A stretch of 64,000 bases of DNA from Cyanobacteriota bacterium (GTDB lineage Bacteria; Cyanobacteriota; Cyanobacteriia; Cyanobacteriales; Microcoleaceae): assembly GCA_034189005.1 (NCBI GenBank), contig JAXHVR010000009.1, positions 11,413 through 75,412 of the forward strand. The letters run 5' to 3'. The notes below the pieces were generated by a model. That model saw nothing but the letters and a program-made list of their open reading frames with translations. It was not told where the DNA came from and ran no database searches. The stretch's first letter is position 1. Each line of letters opens with the position of its first letter. Both the position numbers and the translations under genes were made by a program. Positions 37,060-44,530 of this stretch are shown here, in pieces.

Positions 37060-39237
37060 ATGGCACAGAATACGACGGCGAGTTTCGAGCAACCGGTAAT
37101 TTTAGAAAAGCCAGCGATTTTATCGCGGGTATTTATGTGGATAATTATGCTCGTAAGCGCCAGTTCAATAGTTTGGGCTTATTTCGCCGAGCTAGATCAA
37201 AACGTACCAGCAATAGGTCAACTAGAACTGAAAGACGGTGCGAGAGACGTTCAAGCGCCTACCAGCGGTACGGTGGTGAGACTTCATGTGGAAGGGGGCG
37301 ATCGCGTGGAAAAAAATCAGCCCATACTAACTTTCAGACCGACAATTCCTAAAGCAGATTTAGCTTCTCTGCTAGAAGTGAAAGAGGCCCTCGAAAAAGA
37401 AAATGAATTCTACGAAGATTTAGTCGAAGGAAGAATACGGCAAGGAGAGCGTCCCGATTTAGAAGCATTGGCCAAAGACCGCCAAGCGCGACAAGCAGAA
37501 ATAGATACTTACGAAGCTCTGATAAATCAGCTATATCGCAACTCTGGCAGAAGAATTAATATAGACTCCGGCCAGCGAGCGCTTTATGATAATGCCATAG
37601 CAGAATATAGCTCTAGGATAGGAGCAATTGAATTACAAATAGAAGAGCTGCAAAAACAATTGCAACAAGCCAGGCAAGAGGAAGAAGCGGCAAGAGATCG
37701 CTTGAGAGTGGCTCAAACTCAATTGGAATTTACCCGACAGCAAGTTCAATTCGCCCAACAACAATTAGACAATAGCAGGCAGCAAATAGTATTTGCTAAC
37801 GAACAGTTAGAGAACTCCAAGCAACAGTTAGAGTATGCGAAGGAACAGCTAGCTAATTCTCAGGAGCAATTAAAGTATTCAGAAGAACAATTACAACTGG
37901 CTAGAGGACAGTTTACGAAATCAGAAGAGGTTTTGCAGTCAAATCAGGAAATTTTAGATAATATTTCGCCACTGGTGGAAGAAGGAGCAATAGCTCAGTT
38001 GCAGCAAAAACGGCAGCAACAAGAAGTTATTCGAGGTGAAAGCGAATTATTAGGTCAGCGCGATCGCATAGAATCTCGTTCTGCAGAAATAAATACCAGA
38101 AGAGGAGATATTAATTCCCGCCGGGCAGAAATAAATAACCGAGAAGGAGATGTGACCGCCCGCCTGGCAGAAATTAAAAGGATAGAAGGAGATATTAATT
38201 CCAGACAAGCGGAAGTCAGTTCCCGTTTAGCTAGTATTAATAGCAGTGAAGGAGAAGTTCAAGCACTCCAAGCAGAAATTAGGCGCAATCAATTAGAACA
38301 AGAACGCATCGCTGTTTCTATAGAAAGAACTAGGGAACAGTTGCAAAATACCAAAGATTCTTGGGCGAGAGAGCTATATAACAGAATTGCCACTAATAAA
38401 ACGGCCCTCGCTGGCATAGATTCTCAGTTTAGCAGGCTACAACTGGATAATAAAAAAAGACTAACGGAGATGAACGCTCAAGTAGAAAAGCTGACAGAAA
38501 GCCGGAACGACCAAGTGTTAAAATCACCCGTATCGGGGATAGTATTCGATTTAACACCAGGAAGTAAAGAGGAATCTTCGTTAGATATAGGGAAAGACCC
38601 AATCTGTCAATATGTGATTAATGAAATTATAAAACCAGGAGATGTTAAGCCGAAAAAATGCGAGGAAGCTAATTATGAAGCGCAGCAAACGGAACCACTG
38701 CTAACAATTTTGGACGATGACGAAGGGTTGGAAGCAGTAGTTTATATTCAAAACAAGGATATAGCTTTAATATTGAATGCTTTGCGGGAAAAACGGAAAA
38801 CATTGGAACCGTTAGACGGTGAGGAGTTAGCTGGTGGGGAAGTAGTAGATTGCGAACCGGGTAAAAGTTGCGTTTGTCCCGAACTTAGGGAAAACCGAGA
38901 AAAGTTGGGAATAAACGACCTGCAATGCGTTCCAGTAGAGGTGCAGGTACAAGCTTTACCTGCTAATGAATTTGGTACCGTTGCAGGGGAGGTAATCTCT
39001 ATTAGTAAGGATGCCATACCACCGGACCCCCAGCAAGAAAGACCTTTCTTTTCTTTTGAGACTACCATTAAGTTAAGTCGTCAGACGGTGACTTTGGACA
39101 GGGAAAGCGATTTAGAGATTGCTCTGCAGAATGGCATGGCGGTTAATTCTAATATTAATGTCGGTAAGCGATCGGTATTAGAGCTATTCTTGAGCCGCTT
39201 TACCAGTAAGTTTAAGGGTTTGACTACTGTTAATTAA
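37060..39237 (+). CDS. HlyD-family membrane fusion protein with very long coiled-coil hairpin
   Basis: N-terminal TM, lipoyl-like GTVVRLHVEGGDRVEKNQPIL, two blocks of 14-residue repeats, and a C-terminal beta-barrel half (SPVSGIVFDL ... GMAVNSNINVGKRSVLE). Confidence 0.85.
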   Translation: MAQNTTASFEQPVILEKPAILSRVFMWIIMLVSASSIVWAYFAELDQNVPAIGQLELKDGARDVQAPTSGTVVRLHVEGGDRVEKNQPILTFRPTIPKADLASLLEVKEALEKENEFYEDLVEGRIRQGERPDLEALAKDRQARQAEIDTYEALINQLYRNSGRRINIDSGQRALYDNAIAEYSSRIGAIELQIEELQKQLQQARQEEEAARDRLRVAQTQLEFTRQQVQFAQQQLDNSRQQIVFANEQLENSKQQLEYAKEQLANSQEQLKYSEEQLQLARGQFTKSEEVLQSNQEILDNISPLVEEGAIAQLQQKRQQQEVIRGESELLGQRDRIESRSAEINTRRGDINSRRAEINNREGDVTARLAEIKRIEGDINSRQAEVSSRLASINSSEGEVQALQAEIRRNQLEQERIAVSIERTREQLQNTKDSWARELYNRIATNKTALAGIDSQFSRLQLDNKKRLTEMNAQVEKLTESRNDQVLKSPVSGIVFDLTPGSKEESSLDIGKDPICQYVINEIIKPGDVKPKKCEEANYEAQQTEPLLTILDDDEGLEAVVYIQNKDIALILNALREKRKTLEPLDGEELAGGEVVDCEPGKSCVCPELRENREKLGINDLQCVPVEVQVQALPANEFGTVAGEVISISKDAIPPDPQQERPFFSFETTIKLSRQTVTLDRESDLEIALQNGMAVNSNINVGKRSVLELFLSRFTSKFKGLTTVN

Positions 39238-39280
39238 TAGGTAATTGCTAGAGCAAGGGGCGCTGCCTCCGCACCTTGCA

Positions 39281-39430
39281 GGGTGCATCTCAATTTTGAA
39301 GAAAGCCAAAAATTAAACGCTTTTTGTTAGCGGTCAGTTGTTAGTTGTTAGTTGGACGGCTGACTACTAACTGCTAACAACTAACAAAAATTATTAATCT
39401 TTTGGTATTTTTACAAATATGAGATGCTCC
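39281..39430. mobile_element. MITE, GGGTGCATCTCA-TIR family, heptamer (GTTAGTT/AACTAAC) core, flanked by 9-bp direct repeat CACCTTGCA
   Basis: TIRs are GGGTGCATCTCA and TGAGATGCTCC. CACCTTGCA occurs at 39272-39280 and 39431-39439. Confidence 0.85.
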
Positions 39431-39567
39431 CACCTTGCATCCCAATTTTCCCGATGTTTTTTACCCCTGCCGTTTCTCCGGTGGGGGTATTTTTGTTGTA
39501 AACTATTGGCTATTAATTTAGCAACGGATGATGCTGGTGGATGTAACTATGGATGTTAGTTGTTAGT

Positions 39568-39664
39568 CGTAGATCGTTCGCGATATTGAAGACAAACCCG
39601 GTTTCTTTGAGAAACCGGGTTTCTGGCCTCCTAATTTTTCATAATCCCTGCACGGATTGCTATA
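39568..39664. mobile_element. TATAGCAA-family element, inverted, one end truncated
   Basis: CGTAGATCGTTCGCGATATT...GAAACCGGGTTTCTGGCCTCCTAATTTTTCATAATCCCTGCACGGATTGCTATA. Confidence 0.8.
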
Positions 39665-39745
39665 GTTGTTAGTCGTCAGTTAATTGGTTTTGCGCGGGCA
39701 ATTAGCAACTCCAAATTCTCAATTCCCAATTCCCGATTTTTAATA

Positions 39746-41518
39746 ATGCTTAAACATTTCCCCAGATTATCTGACAACAAAATACTTTTATTAATTCTCT
39801 ATATTCTCCCAGTTGCTCTACTTTTATGGTTCGTGGCTAGCTTTAGCGTTAACGTTCCTTTTTGGGACCAGTGGAGATTGGTAAATATGTTCGATAAAGT
39901 AGGCAGCGGCAATGCTAGTTTTTCGGACTTTTTTGAAGTTCACGGACACCACCGCATCTTTTTCCCAAAAATTATTATTACTGCCCTAGCTTTTGCTTCT
40001 GGATGGAATACTCAATACGAGATAATTTGCAGCGTTATTTTTGTGGTTATAACCTTTTGGTTCCTGTGCAAAATTGCCGCGAGTAAAACGCAAAATAAAG
40101 GCGATAATTTAATGCATATCGCCAATATTTTAACCTGTATGTTGCTGTTTTCTTTGGTTCAACATCAAAACTGGTTGTGGGGGTTTACGCTTTTTTGGTT
40201 TTTGACTAATTTATGTTTGGTAATGGCGGTGTTTTTTCTCTGTTGTAATGAGAAGCGATCCTGTGGGGGCGAACAGGGGAGGCACCTGTTCTACGCCGGT
40301 ACTTCCTGTTTTATCGGCAGCTTTACTTTAGCCCAAGGTTTGCTCGCTTGGCCGATTCTAATTCCAGCAGTTTTCTCTCTGGAAGGCAACTTCCGTCAAA
40401 AACTCAAAAGAGTTTTAATCTGGATGGGAATTTTTCTAGTTTCATGTTTCATCTATTCTCTTAATTACAACCCAATTCGCGAACCACAACCATTTTTATT
40501 TTTGGAACGACCTTTCGTAGTAATTAATTACTTTTTCACCGTTCTAAGTTTGCCTCTGGTGCGGGTTCCCATTCCTTCAATTATCGTCGGCTTTTTATTA
40601 TTCTCGTGTTTCCTATTTTTTTGTTTCTATTTTATAAGAATAAGAGGCAAGATGCTGGTTCTACATCCAGAGGCATTGCCTTGGTTGTCCGTAGGTTCCT
40701 TCGCCATCATCTCATCCCTTTCTATTACCGCAGGACGGGCCCAATACGGCGTAGAAAATGCAATTATTTCCTCCAGATATACCACGACATCGGTCTTATT
40801 AATCGTTGCTTTAATTCATTTATTGGCATTGTTTTGGCGTCAAAACTCTCTCTCGAATTCAATATTTACTATTGGTGCGGTCATTTTAACAGGTATTATC
40901 GCTGTAAACTCGATTTATGTTATTAACAGAATTAAAACAGAATTGCCTTATATGCAAGGTAGAAAAGAGTGCTTGGAAATTATTAATTATCTGGAAAAGT
41001 CTGAATTTATGCAAGAAGCGCCAGAGAGTTGTTTGGTATTATTAAACGGCAAAACTTGGTTGGTCAGAGAAGGGGCAGAAATTATGGATAAATTGGGATG
41101 GCGTGAATTTCCCGACGAGATGGAATTTGTTAGCACGCCAGAACGGGTTTATGGTTATTTGGATACGCCTCCAGATGGGTTGGGGGAAACAGGCAAGATG
41201 CCTGTTCTACGGAATGAGGCGGTAACTGTAACTGGATGGGCGACTATTCCAGAAAGGGAGGAAACGCCGAATTTAGTGTTATTATCTTCAGGGGAAAATC
41301 GAACTTTTTTTGCCAATGCTTATGTAGTATTAGACAGCCCCGATCTAGCTAAAACTTTAAAGTCAAAGGAATACAAAAAAGCGAGATGGCAAGCGGAGTT
41401 TTCGGGTAAAGATTTAGGAATGGGAGAGGGGGCGATCGCTGCTTGGGTATATAATGCCAAAGACAAGCAATTTGTTAAATTAAGCGACGAATTAAAAATA
41501 GAAGTTAAAAAGCCTTGA
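39746..41518 (+). CDS. polytopic membrane protein (GT-C-like?) with C-terminal GW/RPD-type beta-module
   Basis: About 12 hydrophobic segments and a soluble C-terminal ~120 aa (VTVTGWATIP...DSPDLAKTL). Same architecture as 44531..46309. Confidence 0.7.
   Translation: MLKHFPRLSDNKILLLILYILPVALLLWFVASFSVNVPFWDQWRLVNMFDKVGSGNASFSDFFEVHGHHRIFFPKIIITALAFASGWNTQYEIICSVIFVVITFWFLCKIAASKTQNKGDNLMHIANILTCMLLFSLVQHQNWLWGFTLFWFLTNLCLVMAVFFLCCNEKRSCGGEQGRHLFYAGTSCFIGSFTLAQGLLAWPILIPAVFSLEGNFRQKLKRVLIWMGIFLVSCFIYSLNYNPIREPQPFLFLERPFVVINYFFTVLSLPLVRVPIPSIIVGFLLFSCFLFFCFYFIRIRGKMLVLHPEALPWLSVGSFAIISSLSITAGRAQYGVENAIISSRYTTTSVLLIVALIHLLALFWRQNSLSNSIFTIGAVILTGIIAVNSIYVINRIKTELPYMQGRKECLEIINYLEKSEFMQEAPESCLVLLNGKTWLVREGAEIMDKLGWREFPDEMEFVSTPERVYGYLDTPPDGLGETGKMPVLRNEAVTVTGWATIPEREETPNLVLLSSGENRTFFANAYVVLDSPDLAKTLKSKEYKKARWQAEFSGKDLGMGEGAIAAWVYNAKDKQFVKLSDELKIEVKKP
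40271..40294 (+). repeat. in-frame GAACAGG..CCTGTTCTAC palindromic element (variant loop)
   Basis: GAACAGGGGAGGCACCTGTTCTAC inside CDS 39746..41518. Confidence 0.85.
41188..41210 (+). repeat. in-frame AACAGGCAAGATGCCTGTTCTAC element
   Basis: Identical 23-mer to 17044..17066 and 3357..3379. Encodes TGKMPVLR at the start of the C-terminal module. Confidence 0.95.
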
Positions 41519-41570
41519 CAGTTCCGCCAATATTTGTTTAAATTTTCTAGTGAAGCAATTGGGGTGGATT

Positions 41571-42008
41571 ATGACATTAATCGAAACATTAAAAGAAAAT
41601 CGGCTCATGCAAACAGAACGAGAAATTAATAGTTTTGAAACGGCATTAGCTGAAATTGCTAATAATCCCAATGAAGAAGATTTACCCAAATATCATTTAA
41701 TTCTGGACGATCGATGCCAACAACCCGAAGTAATGTTCGGTTTAGTTCACTTTCTGGAATCTTTTGAACCTGAAACTCAACTTCAAGCATTTATAAAAGT
41801 AATTCCTCAATTAGCGCTCGATGCTCCAGAATGGACCAAAATTTTACATAATCGTATTTTAAATGATGAATTTGCTTGTAATACTTATTTAAAAATTTTG
41901 CGATCGCTTAATTCAGAAAAGCCTCATTTTATTTATTATTTATTAGAAGAAAGTGCGGCAAATCATCTGAAGCGAGAATTGATTAGTATGTCAGCAGCAA
42001 ACCAATAA
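41571..42008 (+). CDS. hypothetical protein
   Basis: ORF preceded by a GGTGGA RBS-like element at the ATG at 41571. No motif recognised. Confidence 0.5.
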   Translation: MTLIETLKENRLMQTEREINSFETALAEIANNPNEEDLPKYHLILDDRCQQPEVMFGLVHFLESFEPETQLQAFIKVIPQLALDAPEWTKILHNRILNDEFACNTYLKILRSLNSEKPHFIYYLLEESAANHLKRELISMSAANQ

Positions 42009-42023
42009 TACCAACGAACAAAT

Positions 42024-42920
42024 ATGACGATCGCCAATTGCCCTATATGTCAATCTCCCGAATTTAGCTATTATCCAGCGGGGCAAAATTACACCTTAGC
42101 AAAATGTCGCCAATGCGATATGGTGTGGGATAATAAGCCCCCGGCAGAACCGACGGCAATCTATCAGGCTAATTATTATCAAAACGAAGGAGGTAAAGGA
42201 GGTTATTCCGACTATTTAGCAAGCATGAAAATGAATAGCAAAACATTTAACCGCCGCCTGGTAGCTGCCGGGAAAAAGTTAGGAGGCGATATTGCATCCG
42301 CAACGCTTCGCGAACGCCCTTTATTATTAGATGTCGGTTGCGCTTTGGGAGATTGTTTGTTAGAAGCAAAAAAATTGGGATGGGAAAAGCCTAGGGGTTT
42401 AGAAGTATCGGAATATGCGGTAGAATTTGCTCGCAGCAGAGACTTATTAGTATTCCAAGGAGACTTATTTAATCATTCTTTCCAGCCCAACTCTTTCGAT
42501 TTAATAACTCTCCAAGATATGCTAGAACATACCACAAATCCTCTATCTCAACTCGAAGCAGCTTATCAACTGCTAAAACCGGGGGGCTGGATTTTAATAA
42601 CTACTCCCAACGTGGATGGAATCTTAGCTAAATTACTCGGTTCTTTCTGGTATCATTACAAACCTGGAGAACACTTGACATATTTTTCGTTAAAGACTAT
42701 AAATATTGCATTAGAAAAGACTGGCTTTGTCGAGATAGAATCGAAACCTACCAGTAAATCTCTAAGCGTGGAATATATCTTGGACAGGCTGAAATATTAT
42801 CAACCTCAAGTATTCTCAATTTTGCTTAAATTAGCTCGGAAGTTAAATTTAGATCGATTAGTTTTTGAAGTGGGAACAGGGGAGTTAGAAGCGTGGGGAC
42901 AAAAACCGACAAATCGCTGA
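42024..42920 (+). CDS. Zn-ribbon class I SAM-dependent methyltransferase
   Basis: CPICQS..CRQCDM, motif I LLDVGCALGD, and LKPGGWILITTPN. The stop TGA lies in the loop of an AATCGCTGAAGCGATT hairpin repeat. Confidence 0.8.
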   Translation: MTIANCPICQSPEFSYYPAGQNYTLAKCRQCDMVWDNKPPAEPTAIYQANYYQNEGGKGGYSDYLASMKMNSKTFNRRLVAAGKKLGGDIASATLRERPLLLDVGCALGDCLLEAKKLGWEKPRGLEVSEYAVEFARSRDLLVFQGDLFNHSFQPNSFDLITLQDMLEHTTNPLSQLEAAYQLLKPGGWILITTPNVDGILAKLLGSFWYHYKPGEHLTYFSLKTINIALEKTGFVEIESKPTSKSLSVEYILDRLKYYQPQVFSILLKLARKLNLDRLVFEVGTGELEAWGQKPTNR

Positions 42921-42958
42921 AGCGATTACTACGAACAACGAACAACTAATAATTAACT

Positions 42959-43507
42959 ATGAACGTAATTAAAACAGAAATACCAGATGTTTTATTAATC
43001 GAACCCAAAGTTTTTGGGGACGATCGCGGCTTCTTTTTTGAAAGTTTCAACCAGAAAAGTTTCTCAGACAAAACAGGAGTAAATCTTGACTTCGTTCAAG
43101 ACAATCATTCCCGTTCTGTCAAGGGAGTTTTGCGAGGTTTGCACTACCAAATAGAACAAACTCAAGGTAAGTTACTCAGAACAGTTGTCGGAGAAATATT
43201 CGATGTCGCCGCAGACATTCGCAAAAATTCTCCAACCTTTGGCAAGTGGGTAGGTTATATGCTAACTGCGGAAAATAAACGACAACTTTGGATACCGCCG
43301 GGTTTTGCCCACGGTTTTTTAGTAGTATCTGAAGTGGCGGAAGTTTTGTACAAAGCGACGGATTATTACGCGCCGCAACACGAACGTTCTATTCTTTGGA
43401 ACGACCCAGATATTGGCATTGAGTGGCCGATAGAAGGGATAACGCCAATTTTATCTAAAAAAGACGAAGCAGGTAAAACATTTAAAACAGCGGAAATATT
43501 TGAATGA
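42959..43507 (+). CDS. rfbC: dTDP-4-dehydrorhamnose 3,5-epimerase
   Basis: FGDDRGFFFESFN..VQDNHSRS.KGVLRGLHYQ..QGKLLRTV.GEIFDVA.DIR..SPTFGKW..WIPPGFAHGF is a classical RmlC. Confidence 0.93.
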   Translation: MNVIKTEIPDVLLIEPKVFGDDRGFFFESFNQKSFSDKTGVNLDFVQDNHSRSVKGVLRGLHYQIEQTQGKLLRTVVGEIFDVAADIRKNSPTFGKWVGYMLTAENKRQLWIPPGFAHGFLVVSEVAEVLYKATDYYAPQHERSILWNDPDIGIEWPIEGITPILSKKDEAGKTFKTAEIFE

Positions 43508-44382
43508 AAATATTATTAACAGGACTGGACGGACAATTAGGCAAACAATTGCAATCTTTCCTCGCACCTTTGGGGGATTTAACTACTGTAGGACGGGCAA
43601 CTTTAGACTTAGCAAATGCTGAGGATATTTATAAAGCGATCGAGGAAGTTAAGCCGGAAATAATTGTTAATGCGGCAGCTTATACTGCGGTTGACAAATC
43701 GGAAAGCGAAGTGGAATTAGCCACGGCAGTTAACGGTACGGCCCCAGGGATTTTAGCCGCCGAAGCTGAAAGGTTGGGGGCGACTTTAATTCATGTTTCG
43801 ACGGATTATGTATTTGATGGAACTCGAAGCGTTCCTTATTTGGAAAGCGATCCTACTAATCCCCTCGGTGCTTATGGCGCTTCTAAGTTAAAAGGTGAAG
43901 AAGCAATTGAGAAGACCAATGCCAAGTATGTTATTATCAGAACTGCTTGGGTTTATGGTGCTTATGGCAAGGGAAATTTTGTCAAAACTATGCTGAGATT
44001 GGGGAAAGAAAGGGAGGAATTGCGAGTAGTTTACGACCAAGTTGGAACTCCGACTTGGACGGGAGATTTGGCAGGGGCAATTAGTCAATTAATACCCCGT
44101 TTGAGTGGAGATAATTTGGGGATTTATCATTATACCAATAGCGGGGCTATTAGTTGGTACGATTTCGCGATCGCCATTTTTGAAGAAGCAGAAAAACTCG
44201 GTTTTCCTCTTAAGATTAAACGAGTGGTTCCTATTACTACTGCCGAATATCCAACACCGGCAAAACGCCCTGCTTATTCAGTATTAAATTGCGCCAAAAT
44301 TTCCCAAGTTCTCGAAACTTATCCGCCCCACTGGCGGGAAGGTCTCCGACAAATGTTGAAGGAGTTGGCAGAGATTTCGTAG
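43504..44382 (+). CDS. rfbD: dTDP-4-dehydrorhamnose reductase
   Basis: MKILLTGLDGQLG Rossmann start, STDYVFDG, YGASKLKGE. ATGA overlap with rfbC. The stop TAG lies within a GTAGAACAGG repeat. Confidence 0.93.
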   Translation: MKILLTGLDGQLGKQLQSFLAPLGDLTTVGRATLDLANAEDIYKAIEEVKPEIIVNAAAYTAVDKSESEVELATAVNGTAPGILAAEAERLGATLIHVSTDYVFDGTRSVPYLESDPTNPLGAYGASKLKGEEAIEKTNAKYVIIRTAWVYGAYGKGNFVKTMLRLGKEREELRVVYDQVGTPTWTGDLAGAISQLIPRLSGDNLGIYHYTNSGAISWYDFAIAIFEEAEKLGFPLKIKRVVPITTAEYPTPAKRPAYSVLNCAKISQVLETYPPHWREGLRQMLKELAEIS

Positions 44383-44518
44383 AACAGGCGTCTCGCCTGT
44401 TATCCGTAGAACAGGCGTCTCGCCTGTTTCCGTAGAACAGGCGTCTCGCCTGTTTCCGTAGAACAGGCGTCTCGCCTGTTATCCGTTACCGCTGGAACAG
44501 GCGAGACGCCTGTTCTAC
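44378..44518. repeat. array of four direct copies plus one inverted copy of GTAGAACAGGCGTCTCGCCTGTT
   Basis: 27-29-nt period with no unique spacers. The first copy contains the rfbD stop codon. Confidence 0.92.
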
Positions 44519-44530
44519 AATTATTTTTTT
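44458..44530 (+). terminator. terminator-like long hairpin formed by the last direct and the inverted GTAGAACAGG copies, followed by a T-run
   Basis: A 23-bp stem (44458-80 pairs with 44495/6-44518) followed by AATTATTTTTTT. Confidence 0.4.

Noticed and set aside
33873-39237. Bacteriocin/GG-leader peptide export system (active C39 exporter with small precursor genes)
   Set aside because: The C39-like domain appears to lack Cys, His and Asp. I also found no small ORFs with a double-glycine leader next to the exporter. It is treated instead as an RTX-type T1SS.
44378-44518. Possible CRISPR array, because of regularly repeated ~23-nt palindromic units (also 61282-61446)
   Set aside because: Units are directly adjacent or separated by an invariant 15-nt segment, so there are no unique spacers. 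The same unit is dispersed singly, including inside CDSs. No cas genes are in the window.
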